Part shown: piece after piece, positions 1 through 10,382 of the stretch
Position numbering within the stretch: position 1 is the first letter of the stretch
How the letters are laid out: each line of letters opens with the position of its first letter
Source: Vicinamibacterales bacterium
GTDB taxonomy: Bacteria; Acidobacteriota; Vicinamibacteria; Vicinamibacterales; JAMQPK01
Length of the DNA: 64,000 bases
Reading direction: 5' to 3'
Assembly (NCBI GenBank): GCA_963811435.1
Contig: CAWERD010000006.1
Span: forward strand, 1,042,696-1,106,695
Notes under the pieces: model-generated
What the model was told of the DNA's origin: nothing
The model's database searches: none
What the model saw: only the letters and a program-made list of their open reading frames with translations
Position numbers and translations under genes: made by a program

Positions 1-72
1 CAAGACGATGCTTCCCACCACGGCGAGCGCTACCCGGAAGGCAAGCGGCGGGAGTCGTCCTGGTCGTCTCAT
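1..72 (-). CDS. 5' end of a probable secreted/membrane protein (runs off window)
   Basis: ATG at 72 on the minus strand gives MRRPGRLPPLAFRVALAVVGSIVL, a basic N-region plus hydrophobic stretch; truncated by the window edge. Confidence 0.4.
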   Translation of the reverse strand, partial: MRRPGRLPPLAFRVALAVVGSIVL

Positions 73-475
73 TTTGTGTAAACCAGTCGCTACGTAGCAG
101 TTGCAGTCTACCCGGGCACACGATCTGAAACAATCTTTGCTCGGGAGTCGGCGGAGTCCGGGAGCTCCATTCTCCTGTAAACCGTGCGGCGCAGGTGCTC
201 CGGGAAAGTGGCGTATCCGAGGCAGGCGTCAAAGACTCGAACGAAAGGTTTCGCAAGACCGCCCCGAGGTAGCGCAAGAGGCTGCTCCGGCCAAGTAACT
301 TCGTAGTTCGATATCCGCCTTCGAAGGGCTATGCAGGCGGCCCAAATGACAGGAACCGGGGTCTAAGCACAAGATGAGGCAGGGTTTCGTCCAATGCCCT
401 GGGCGGTGTACCATTACCCTCAAGTCACGGTCAACCGAAGTCCCGCGTCTCGCGTCTAACTACCGTTAACTATCG

Positions 476-1733
476 ATGAAAAAGCCGTATCTGCTGCTTG
501 GCGCTCATCCTGGTGGTCCTGGTCGGCGCGCTCGCCATCGTGCGCGGCGTCCGCGCGGGCGGTCCCGCCGGCAATGACGATGAGGCGCGCCAGGGAACGG
601 CGTCGTTGAAGGTCGCGCGCGGCGCGTTCGTCAAAACGCTGCGGATGACCGGCCTCGTTGAATCCATCCATTTTCATAACGTTGCGGCGCCCCGGCTCGT
701 CGGCGCGACCGGACCGGGCAGCAACACGCTCATCATCACGAAGCTCATGCCCAGCGGCACGCACGTCGTCGCCCGGCCAGCTCCTCGTGGAATTCGACCG
801 GCAGAATCAGTTGAAGGCCGCCATCGACAGGCGGTCCGAGCACCGCGATCTCGAGGAGCAGATTCGGAAGAAACGCGCAGAGCAGGAACAGGCGCGCGCG
901 AAGGACGAGACGGAGCTTGCGGTCGCGGCGAATGCCGTCGAGAACGCCCACCTCGAGATGAAGAAGAACGCCTATCTGGGCCGCATCGATCAGGAAAAGA
1001 ACGAGCAGCGGGTGGAAGAGGCGCAGGCGAAGCAGAAACAGCTCAAGGCGACGTTCGATCTGAAGCGCCGTGCCGAGCAGGCCGAGCTGCGAATTCTCGA
1101 GATCCAGCGCGATCGGGCGTACAAGGCGATGAAATCGGCCGAGGACAACGCCACGCGGATGGTCGTCACGTCACCGATTGCGGGCATGGTGGTGCTGCGG
1201 ATGGTGTGGCGGCGTGGCAGCAGGTGGAGATCCAGGAAGGTGAGGAAGCGCGTCCGGGCATGCCGATCATGCAGGTCGTCGATCCCGCCGCGATGCTGGT
1301 GCGCGTGAAGGTCAATCAGGCCGACGTGCACATCCTGCAGGTCGGCCAGCCGGCGCGAATCTCGCTCGACGCCTATCCTGAGCTTCAATTCCAGGGTCGC
1401 GTCGAGCAGGTCGCACCCGTCGGCACGACGAGCATGCTGACGACGCGCGTGCGCAACTTCGTCGGCGATTGTCAGCATCAAGGGGAGCCATCCGAAGCTG
1501 CATGCCCGACCTGTCGGCGGCTGTCGACGTCGAGCTCGAGCGGAAGGACAACGTCATCGTTGTGCCCCGCGACGCCATCGTGCGCGAAAACGACACGTTC
1601 ACGCGTGCGGGTGCTGGACGGGGACGGCGCCCGGCCGCGCACAGTCACGCTCGGCGCGATGAACGATTACGAAGTGATTGTCGCGTCCGGTCTCGAGCCG
1701 GGAATGATGGTGCAGCGGCATGTGGCGCAATAA
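476..1733 (+). CDS. HlyD/MacA-family periplasmic adaptor (membrane fusion protein) 1, frameshifted
   Basis: Pieces in ORFs 498..1733, 658..1308 and 1469..1795 give an N-terminal TM, GQLLVEFD lipoyl motif, coiled coil, SPIAGMV and GLEPG end; ATG at 476; several small indels. Confidence 0.85.
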
Positions 1734-2965
1734 CAAACGCACGATCATCGCCTCTGTCGTCGGCCTCGCGATCGTCGTCGCCATTGCCGGCGTGAGCGGC
1801 GTGTTCGGCCGCGGCACGGCGGTCGATGTGCCGACCACGGCCGTCGTGAAGGGCGAGTTCATCGACTACCTGCAGGTGCGCGGCGAAGTGAAGGCGGTGC
1901 GTTCGGTTCCGCTGACCGTACCCACCACCGGTGGCGGCGACCTCCAGATCCTCGAGCTCGCCAAGAACGGCATGAACATCAAGAAAGGCGATGTCGTCGT
2001 CCGGTTCGATCCGATGACCGTCGAGCGCACGCTGAACGACAGGCGCTCGGACTTCAAACAGGCCGAGGAGGAAATCGGCAAGACGCGGGCGCAGTACCGC
2101 ATTCAGCAGCAGCAGGCGCAGACCGACCTGACGAAGGCGCGCTACGACGTTCGGCGGGCGGAGCTCGACACCGTGCCGCAGCGAATTTCTCTCGCGCATG
2201 GAGCGCGAGCAGAAGGAGCTCGCGCTGGCGGACGCCAAGGCGAGGCTGGCCGAGGCCGAGCGGAAGCTGAAAGCGCTGCACGACATCGAGAAGGCGGAGC
2301 TGGGCAGCAAGATCCAGAAGCGGGACAAGGCGCGCTTCGATATGGAGCACGCCGAACGTCAGCTCGGCGGCCTCGCAGATCGTGGCGCCCGTGGACGGTG
2401 TCGTGGCGATCATGCCGAACTGGCGCTCGTGCTGTCCGCCGCCCGACTTCAAGGCGGGCGACCGCGCATGGCCCGGTCAAGTCATCGCCGAAGTGCCGGA
2501 TCTGTCGACGCTGCGGGTGACAGCCCGGCTCGAAGAGGCGGAACGCGGCCGCATGCAGCCGGGCCAGCGCGTCGTCGTCCGCGCCGACGCGGTGCCCGAC
2601 AAGGAGATGGTCGGGAAGATCGGCGACATCAGCGCGCTCGCGCGTGTCGATTTTTCCAACTGGCCGCCACAGCGCAACTTCGACATGATCGTCCAGCTCG
2701 ATCAGATGGATCCGCGGCTGCGGCCGGGTATGAATACGACCGTCCGCGTGGCCGTCGATCGCGTGGCGGACGCCGTGTTGATTCCCGCGCGCGCGGTCTT
2801 CGAGAAAGAGGGCCGCTCGGTGGCCTACGTGCACGGACGCGCGGCGGCTGGGACGAGCGGCTGGTGCAGATCGCGCGGCGCGGCCAGGAACAGCTCGTCG
2901 TGCGCGAAGGCGTGCAGCCGGGCGAGCGCGTGGCGCTGAAAGATCCGATTCCGCCCGTGAAGTGA
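1720..2965 (+). CDS. HlyD/MacA-family periplasmic adaptor 2, frameshifted
   Basis: KKGDVVVRFD, coiled coil, APVDGVV, LRPGMNTTVRV, GVQPGERV spread over ORFs 1720, 2198 and 2382. Confidence 0.85.
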
Positions 2966-2972
2966 ACCTGTC

Positions 2973-4289
2973 ATGACAAAACCGAATCGTAAACGTCTCG
3001 GCTGGTCGCTCGCGGGCGTGCTGGGCATCGCGCTCGTGATTGCCGCGATCGCCGTGGCCCCGATGCAGGGCGTGCAGACCGATGGCAACGTCATTCCGAC
3101 GGCGCGCGTCGCCCAGGGCGACGTGCCGGTCGTGGTGCACGCGACAGGCGAGCTCAGGCCTTTGAGGGCGCAGGCGCTCGTGGCGCCTTCGGTCGGCGGT
3201 CCGATGCAGATCCTCTCCATCGCGGCCACCGGAACGCCGGTCAAGGCGGGCGATGTCGTTGTCGAGTTCGATCAGAGCGAGCAGCAAGAGCGGCTCGAGA
3301 CGGCGAAGTCGGAGCTCGCTCAGGCGGAGCAGGAAATCGCGAAGATGCGCGCCGACGCCGTCGTGCAGGGCGCGCAGGACGACGTGACGCTGCTCACGGC
3401 GCGGTTCGACGTCCGGCGCGGCGAGCTCGACGTGCAGGGCTCCGTGCTGCAGCAGCGCAATCGACAAGCAGAAGCTTCGTGCTGACGCTCGAAGAGGCGA
3501 AGGGCCGGCTCGCGCAGCTCCAGGACGATCTGAAGTCGCGCGCCGCCAGCGACCGCGCGTCGCTGGCGGTGCTCGAGGAAAAGCGCAACAAGGCCAGGCT
3601 CCAGATGGACAACGCCCAGCGCAACATCGACAACATGAAGCTGCGTGCGCCGTTCGACGGTCTGGTCGCGGTGAAAGACAACGACATGAACAACGCGGCG
3701 TGGGCCGGCGTGGTGGTGCCGGAATTCCGCGCCGGCGACACGGTCTACCCCGGGCGGCCGGTCGCGGAGGTGCTTGCACGAGTCGGGCATCGAGCTCATC
3801 GCCAAGGTGAGTGAATACGATCGCGCGCACTTGAACGCCGGTCAAAAGGCAGAGGTGACGATCCACGCGGTGCAGGGCAAGACGCTGCCGGCGACCATCA
3901 AGGCGGTGGCGGGCGCCAGCCGCCGCGAGGTGTGGGCGTGGAACGATCCGACGCGGACGTTCGACGTCAGCTTCGACGTGACGGGCAGCGATCCCGCCAG
4001 TCTGCACCCGGGCCTCACCACGCAGGTGCGCGTCACAGGCGCGCCGATCAAAGCGGCCCGGTACCTGCCGCGCCAGGCGCTCTTCGAACAGGACGGCAAG
4101 CCGGTCGTGTTCGTCCGTCAGGGCCGCTCGTTCGAGCCGCGCGAGGTGAAGGTGTCGCATCGGACCGAAACGCACATCGTCGTGACCAATCTGCCGGTCG
4201 GGACTGAAGTGGCGCTGCGGAATCCGCTCGCGGACGAAAAGAAGGGCGCGGGAAGCGCCGGACCGGTGCAGCCAAGGGCAGGCGGGTGA
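2973..4289 (+). CDS. HlyD/MacA-family periplasmic adaptor 3, frameshifted
   Basis: VKAGDVVVEFD, LRAPFDGLV, LHPGLTTQVRV in ORFs 2973, 3479 and 3774. Confidence 0.85.
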
Positions 4290-5571
4290 TCGCGGCATTT
4301 CTTCGCGACCCGAAGTCGCAGCTCGGCAGCGGGCTTCAGGATCTGCGGCTCGGGCTCGACAACCTTCGCGTCCACAAGCTGCGCTCGCTGCTGACGATGC
4401 TCGGCATGATCTTCGGCGTCGCGGCCGTCGTCGCGATGCTGTCGATCGGCGCCGGCGCGCAGCAGCAGGTGATGGCGTTCATCGAGCAGCTCGGCGTGCG
4501 CAACGTGATCGTCGAGGCGCGCGAGACGACCGATCCTCAGGCGTTCGGAAAGGTGCGGAGCACGTCGCCCGGGCTGACCTTCCAGGACTACCGCGTCATC
4601 CGCGCGACGATGGAAGGGGTGAGCGCGGCGACGCCGCGCAAGCGCTTCCTGCCATCGAAGATGCTGCCGAAGCCGCAGCGCGACGATGCCGACCGTGTAC
4701 GGCGTCACGCCGTCCTACATTCCGATCGGCAACCTGCGGCTCGCGGCGGGGCGCTTCTTCGATGAGGGAGAGACCGAGCGCGCGACGCCGGTGGCGGTGC
4801 TGGGCGAAGGCGCCAAGGCGGCGCTGTTCGGCCCCGAAGAAGCGATCGGCCGGTACGTCAAGGTGAACGACCAGTGGCTGCGGGTGATCGGCGTGGCAGG
4901 CCCGCAGCTCAGCGCGCAGACCGAAACGCTCGGCGTCCCGGAAGAGGACCGGAACAACCTGATTTACGTTCCGCTCTGGACGGCGATCCTCCGCCTCGAA
5001 GACAACTACAGCCGGTTTCGCGACGAGATCGACGGCATCTATCTGCAGCTCGAGCCGGGAATGGACAGCGTGGCCGAGCGCCGAGCTGATTCGCGGCGTG
5101 CTGAACGCGTCGCACCGGAACACGCCGGATTTCAGCGTCATCGTGCCGGCCGCGCTGCTCGCGGAGCAGCGCCGGACGCAGCGCATTTTCGAAGTCGTCA
5201 TGGTGGCGCTCGCGTCGATTTCCCTGCTGGTCGGCGGCATCGGCATCATGAACATCATGCTCGCCAGCATTCTCGAGCGGACGCGCGAGATCGGCGTCCG
5301 CCGGGCGCTCGGCGCGCGCCGGGCCGACATCGTGCGGCAGTTCCTGATCGAGACGATTCTGATCTCGTTCGTCGGCGGCACGATCGGTGTGATTGTCGGC
5401 GTCGGGATTTCACGCCTGATTGGCCTGTTCGCGGGCTGGTCGACGATCGTGACGGCGAGCTCGATTCTGCTCGCGTTCCTCGTGTCGGTCTCCGTCGGCC
5501 TCGTGTTCGGTCTGTACCCCGCGCGGCGCGCCGCGCACCTGGATCCCATCGAAGCCCTCAGATACGAATAA
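4286..5571 (+). CDS. MacB/FtsX-family ABC transporter permease, frameshifted
   Basis: [51 protein letters not shown]; ends DPIEALRYE; split across ORFs 4286, 4686 and 5098. Confidence 0.9.
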
Positions 5572-5586
5572 CAGCGCTCTTCAAAA

Positions 5587-5612
5587 GTACGTAGTGTCCG
5601 GCTTAGCCCGAC
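5587..5612. repeat. GTAG-type REP-like palindrome
   Basis: gtacGTAGtgtccggcttagcccgac, an imperfect hairpin after a GTAG head between convergent genes; same gtacgtag head as 20146 and 57696. Confidence 0.5.
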
Positions 5613-5638
5613 TTGGCAAGGTGCCCGGGTCGCGAAGC

Positions 5639-6574
5639 CTACTTCTTCAGCTCGTTGTAGAGAATCTCGAGGTTCTGTTTCGTGACGCTGAACTGTGGGC
5701 TGGGTGAAGCGGTGTAACCCTTGTATTTGTCGGGTACTTTGTAATCCGCTGCTGCCTGGTCCGCCGTTTTCCCCGCTTTCATCTGGCCCCGCGCCCAGTT
5801 CACGAACTCTGCGTTGAAGTCTGCGTACTCCTTCAGATCGTTCCACGTCAACACCGGCGTATGTCCAGTGATGACCGTGTCGACGTTTTGAAGGGCGGCG
5901 ATTGCCTTCGCGAGCGTCTGAGGATGCGCGATGACGCTCCCGCCATTCGAGGCGTCGATATACGGAAGCGCTTTCCACGCGAACATGTCGCCTGTGTGCA
6001 TCGTCCGGACGGCCGGGAACACGACGAACGTGTCGCCGTTGGTATGACCCACGCCAAAGTAATAGAGGTCGACTTGATCCTTGCCGGTGCCGATCGATAG
6101 CTTGTCTTTGTATGTGTTCTTCGGGAGGAACTTCGATTTGTCCGCCTTGAACTCGTCCATCTTCACCATATTCGTTCTGGTGTTGTCGTGGGCGATGCTC
6201 TCGACGGCGGCCCCGAAGGACTCGTTGCTGCCGGTGTGATCGTTGTGTGTGTGCGTGTTGATGATTGTGGTGACCGGCTTGTCGGTGACGGTCTTGATCT
6301 GGTTCAGGATGGCCTGACCCCAGCCGGGAAGTTTCGTGTCGACGAGGACAACACCCCGCTCGGTGATGAACACGGCGGTGTTGCCACCGCTGAAGGCGTC
6401 GGTATTTGCGATGCTCGAGCCGGTGATGACGTACAGATTGTCTTTCACCTTTTCGATTTTCGTCGCGTTCAGGGCGGCCTGGGTCGCACCCTGCTGCTGC
6501 GCCCGAAACGCGGAGACTGTCATCGATACGGTGCCGATAGCGATGATGGCAGTAAGGACTGCAGCTCTATGCAT
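5639..6574 (-). CDS. Secreted metallo-beta-lactamase-fold hydrolase (cyclase-like)
   Basis: Signal peptide; NTHTHNDHTG, GHTNGD, TGD and GH metal ligands. Confidence 0.9.
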   Translation of the reverse strand: MHRAAVLTAIIAIGTVSMTVSAFRAQQQGATQAALNATKIEKVKDNLYVITGSSIANTDAFSGGNTAVFITERGVVLVDTKLPGWGQAILNQIKTVTDKPVTTIINTHTHNDHTGSNESFGAAVESIAHDNTRTNMVKMDEFKADKSKFLPKNTYKDKLSIGTGKDQVDLYYFGVGHTNGDTFVVFPAVRTMHTGDMFAWKALPYIDASNGGSVIAHPQTLAKAIAALQNVDTVITGHTPVLTWNDLKEYADFNAEFVNWARGQMKAGKTADQAAADYKVPDKYKGYTASPSPQFSVTKQNLEILYNELKK

Positions 6575-6637
6575 AGGCGCCAGCGTAGGGTGAATGGAAA
6601 GGGCTGTCAACCGTTCGGCGAGCGGAAACCGCGACGG

Positions 6638-7582
6638 CTAATTCGGTAGATCTGTGATCCACTTCGGAACGACAGGGCGAGCTGCGGACGTCTCGTCGGT
6701 CGGGCGTTTGCCCATTACCGTTCCGCTGCGACTCAGCCACGAGCCTCCAGGTCCCGCGAACGTGTCCGGCCGCTGGTACGCTGGATCCTGCATCGCCTCG
6801 TCCAGGCTGATAAACGCATAACCACGCTTGCGCATGCGCGCGATACTCTCGCGCAGCGTCACGGAATTGAGCTCGTTGCAATGAATGAGCAGAATCTGCG
6901 GAATTTCGCGGCCGAACAGTTCCAACGAGAACCGTTCCGCGTAGTTGAACCCGACGTCGACCTGGTCGAGGTAAGCCTGTTTGATCTTCTCGGCGACGTC
7001 GATGTTCCCGCGTCGCAGTTCTTGCGCGTACGCGCCCGCAAAGGTGTAATCGGCGTAGTCAACGGTCACCTGGGCGACGCGATATTTACGCTGCTCCAGA
7101 AAGTCGACGATTGCCTGATGTGTCTCGGCAGTCGCTCCAGCGTGTAAATACGGGTAGCGCAGCCACACTAGCTGCTTTCCCCGTTGCTCGAGGATCGCCC
7201 GCGTAATGACTTCGCCCTTCACGACGTCGTCCTGGAACTGATCGACTGGAACCTTGCTAGCGCTCTGGTGCGAATAGGTGTGGTTGCCGACCTCGAAGCC
7301 GGCATTGAGCCACTGCTCGACCACCGCCGCCCGGGCGTCGCGTTGCCCCGGCACGTTCAGCTGGCGTTCGTTGATAAAGATCGTCACCGGAACCTTCTCG
7401 ACCTGGAACGATCCCACCAGCCCGTTGGTAATCCGCTGGAAATTGCCAAGGTCCGTCATCTCGTTCACAACCGGGCCGTCGTCGATGGTGATCGCGACAC
7501 GCCGCGCGGCCGGGGCCTGTGCGCCAAGAGCAGCCAGGGCCAGCGTCAGCGCCGCGATGATCGACAAAATGTTCCTGAACAT
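6638..7582 (-). CDS. Secreted polysaccharide deacetylase (CE4/NodB)
   Basis: TIDDGP, GNHTYSH, RYPY and LLIH motifs; RBS ggaaggag before ATG 7582; signal peptide. Confidence 0.9.
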   Translation of the reverse strand: MFRNILSIIAALTLALAALGAQAPAARRVAITIDDGPVVNEMTDLGNFQRITNGLVGSFQVEKVPVTIFINERQLNVPGQRDARAAVVEQWLNAGFEVGNHTYSHQSASKVPVDQFQDDVVKGEVITRAILEQRGKQLVWLRYPYLHAGATAETHQAIVDFLEQRKYRVAQVTVDYADYTFAGAYAQELRRGNIDVAEKIKQAYLDQVDVGFNYAERFSLELFGREIPQILLIHCNELNSVTLRESIARMRKRGYAFISLDEAMQDPAYQRPDTFAGPGGSWLSRSGTVMGKRPTDETSAARPVVPKWITDLPN

Positions 7583-7698
7583 CTTTCGTTCTCCTTCCGC
7601 CAGGGACCAGCCTCGGACGTCCAAGTGTGGTATAAGGTTCGCCTCGAGCGCCAGCAGAACGTTCCCGCGGACTTCAACACCGTTGAGAGGTGACGCCC

Positions 7699-8607
7699 AT
7701 GAGCATGAAACGAAGAGACTTTCTGGCGGCCGGTCTCGCACTTAGTTCGACGGCGATTGCGCTGGCGCAGCAGGGCGGTGCGGCGCCGGCCCGGGGCGGG
7801 GGCGGCGGTGGTGGACGCGGCGCGGTTCCAAAGCGGACGGCCAAGACGACCAAGATGTTCAAATCGCCGGGCATGTATCCGAACGCGCTCGCTGTGATGA
7901 CCGACGCACCGGGAGGCTTGTGGATCGGGCAGCAGAAGATCACGGCGTCAAATTCGAAGACCTATAACCTTCCCGTGTTGCCCGATCCCGATGAGGCCGC
8001 ATGGCTCGTCGATTGGAACGGCAAGCTCGTCAAGACGGTCATGACCAAGTCGCGCAACACCTCCGGCATGGCGTATGGAAACGGCTGCGTCTGGATGGGC
8101 GCGAACTCCGAGCCATACGGCATCTTCCAGGTCGACATGAACTCCAAGCAGATCTCCCACCGTCAGATTCCGCTCAGCATCGACGGCAGCGGAAGTGGTT
8201 GCCATGGGGTGAAGTGGCACAACGGCAAGCTCTGGATTGCCGCGCTGCGCCTGGGCGGTATCCTGCGTGTCGATCCGACCACGTGGGTTCCCGAGGTTTT
8301 GATCCGCGCGAGCTCAGAGGAGCGGCCTCGCCTGCACGACGTGGCGTTCGACAACGAAGGGAATATCTGGGTCGTGACCGGCAACAACAGCACCACCTAC
8401 GGTGAGGGGAAAGCCGGCCTGAACAAGTACGACGGCAAGACCGGCCAGCTCGTGATGACGGCCGAGTTTGCGCCCGGATCGAGCGACCCGCACGGGCTGG
8501 TGTGGCACGACGGAAAACTCATCAGCTGCGATGCCGGCATCCACCCGGGATGGAAAGGCCTGGAGAGCCCGGACAGCGGGTACATCTTCAGCATCGATCT
8601 CGTCTAG
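7699..8607 (+). CDS. Tat-exported beta-propeller protein of unknown function (Vgb/NHL-like)
   Basis: KRRDFL Tat motif, Gly-rich linker, repeated G-x-x-W blade motifs; paralog at 46148..47128. Confidence 0.7.
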   Translation: MSMKRRDFLAAGLALSSTAIALAQQGGAAPARGGGGGGGRGAVPKRTAKTTKMFKSPGMYPNALAVMTDAPGGLWIGQQKITASNSKTYNLPVLPDPDEAAWLVDWNGKLVKTVMTKSRNTSGMAYGNGCVWMGANSEPYGIFQVDMNSKQISHRQIPLSIDGSGSGCHGVKWHNGKLWIAALRLGGILRVDPTTWVPEVLIRASSEERPRLHDVAFDNEGNIWVVTGNNSTTYGEGKAGLNKYDGKTGQLVMTAEFAPGSSDPHGLVWHDGKLISCDAGIHPGWKGLESPDSGYIFSIDLV

Positions 8608-8634
8608 GAGATCGCCCCAAAACAGCGCGCATGT

Positions 8635-8660
8635 CCTGACAGGCCCGAAGGCCTGTCAGG
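8635..8660. terminator. Perfect 11-bp hairpin between convergent genes (terminator or REP-like)
   Basis: cctgacaggcc-cgaa-ggcctgtcagg; no U tract. Confidence 0.5.
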
Positions 8661-8673
8661 TGCCGCGCTGGCC

Positions 8674-10275
8674 TCACATTCGCCGCGCGGCCGTAAATCG
8701 GTAGAACGGCTGCAGATTGTCGAGGCGCTCTTCGGGCTCGTCCATCTTCCAGCTGAACATCTGTCCCTCGATCCGGTCTTCGGTGAAATCGATGATCGTG
8801 AAGCCGTTCTTCTCGAGGGGACTCAGCCCGGCATCGAGCTCGAGACCGGTCGGCGTGCGCGGCGGCGTGCCGCGCCATGCCGACGGCCACGCTTTGGGGC
8901 CGGTGCTGATCGGTCCAGTCAACACGGAGACGACGGGATTCCGGCTGAAGTCGAGATTGCCGTAACGCAGAATCCGCCCTTCGCCGAGCGCGTGCAGATC
9001 GCCGCTCAGGAAAAGTGGAGTGCCCTGCATGGCCGAGGCGGCCTGAAGCAGCCGGTTGTGCTGCAGGTTCCAACCCGATTGCCAGAGATACTTCGGCGCG
9101 GTCACGCCAAGTTGTCCATTCGCCTGGAGCAGATCCGGGTACCACTCGCCCCATTTGCCTGCGCTCCACCCGACCGGCGTTGACGGAAGATTCACCACGT
9201 GCCGGGTTTCCTGCGCGGCCATTCGTCTCATCAACCACGCCTCGACGGTCTCAGGAAGGAAGCCGCCAACCGGGCCGGCCAGCGACATGTAACGGCGGCA
9301 GTCGTACATCAGAATTTCGAGCAGCCTGCCGTACCGCAACGTGCCGAACGACTCTGAGACGCCTGTTGCGCGATCCGCAGCGCCGCTCGACGGCAGGCCG
9401 TCGGGGCGGCCGGCATCGGGCAGGAATTCGGGGTAATACAGCCGCTGCGTCGCCCGCGCGAGCCGAAGCATGAAGTCGTCGGGTGGAAACGTCACCATCT
9501 GCTCGGTTGCCTCGTCGTTCTCGAAGTAGTCGTGATCGTCCTGCACGAAGAACATGGGCGTGGATCGAAAATCGGTGCCGTAGAGATCGCAAATCTGCGG
9601 CGTGACGACGAGCTTGAGCTTGCGCTCGTTGTCGGTACCGACGACCGGCATATCGCGCGTGAACTGGCCCACCAGCTTCTGGGCTTCGGGCGCGTTGCCG
9701 AGCATCACCGATCCCACCGGCGAGCGCAGATCCCAATAGACGTGGTCGCCAATCGCGATGACGGCATTCGGGTTGTACGACAGACCCGTCAGCAGCAGTT
9801 TTCGCCGATTGGCGATCGACACCCAGTACGGACGATTCGTGTCGGGATTCCAGGTGGCCGGGTGCCCGCCCGCACAGGTGAACACGAACAGCCGAAAGTT
9901 CTTTGGCCGCGCGTCAGGGCCTGGAAATGTCGTAATGGGCCAGGGGTCGCAGAGGGGTTTGCCTGCGGAGTCTTCAAGACGGAGTTGATAGGTGTGCTCC
10001 GGCTCGAGCGCTGCGAGATCGAACGAATAGAACTCGCCGCTCGTGTCGAGACGCCCGCCCGCCACTTTGTGAGATGCCGCGCGCAAGGTCGGAGGCGCCG
10101 CCAGCGGACGAACGAAGCTGGCCTTCAGCAGCAGGCGATTGTGGCTGACCCCGGGAAGCAGATGGCGGACCGCGCCGGCGTTCCATTTCCTGTCCTGGGC
10201 GCGACCCGTGAGGGCCAGCGCCGCTCCGGTAATCGTTGCGGCGAGCAACTCGCGACGGGAAAGAGGCGCGGACAT
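8674..10275 (-). CDS. Tat-exported PhoD-like metallophosphatase
   Basis: SRRELL Tat motif; GDHVYWD, DDHDYFEND, DCRRY and SGDLH resemble alkaline phosphatase D metal motifs. Confidence 0.75.
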   Translation of the reverse strand: MSAPLSRRELLAATITGAALALTGRAQDRKWNAGAVRHLLPGVSHNRLLLKASFVRPLAAPPTLRAASHKVAGGRLDTSGEFYSFDLAALEPEHTYQLRLEDSAGKPLCDPWPITTFPGPDARPKNFRLFVFTCAGGHPATWNPDTNRPYWVSIANRRKLLLTGLSYNPNAVIAIGDHVYWDLRSPVGSVMLGNAPEAQKLVGQFTRDMPVVGTDNERKLKLVVTPQICDLYGTDFRSTPMFFVQDDHDYFENDEATEQMVTFPPDDFMLRLARATQRLYYPEFLPDAGRPDGLPSSGAADRATGVSESFGTLRYGRLLEILMYDCRRYMSLAGPVGGFLPETVEAWLMRRMAAQETRHVVNLPSTPVGWSAGKWGEWYPDLLQANGQLGVTAPKYLWQSGWNLQHNRLLQAASAMQGTPLFLSGDLHALGEGRILRYGNLDFSRNPVVSVLTGPISTGPKAWPSAWRGTPPRTPTGLELDAGLSPLEKNGFTIIDFTEDRIEGQMFSWKMDEPEERLDNLQPFYRFTAARRM

Positions 10276-10326
10276 GAGCCGGTTCTTATCAGGTCCGCGC
10301 GCTGGAGTAAAGCGCCCGTGCGCCTT

Positions 10327-10374
10327 CCTTGACAGCTTAGGAGACGGGTGATAGGGTGGCCTAATTTACTTAGG
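10327..10374 (+). promoter_or_regulatory. Sigma70 promoter of padR with two candidate operator palindromes
   Basis: TTGACA 10329-10334, 17 nt spacer, TG-n-TAGGGT; CCTAA-N5-TTAGG at 10360-10374 and CCTTG-N5-TTAGG at 10327-10341. Confidence 0.6.
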
Positions 10375-10382
10375 AGAGAAGC

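Noticed and set aside
200-400. c-di-GMP-I riboswitch
   Set aside because: Only fragments such as gggtctaag resemble it; the GGCAAA..GAAA..GCAAAG arrangement is absent
2142-4298. 718-aa minus-strand ORF
   Set aside because: Antisense shadow of the adaptor genes; Arg/Ala-rich with no motifs, typical of high-GC DNA
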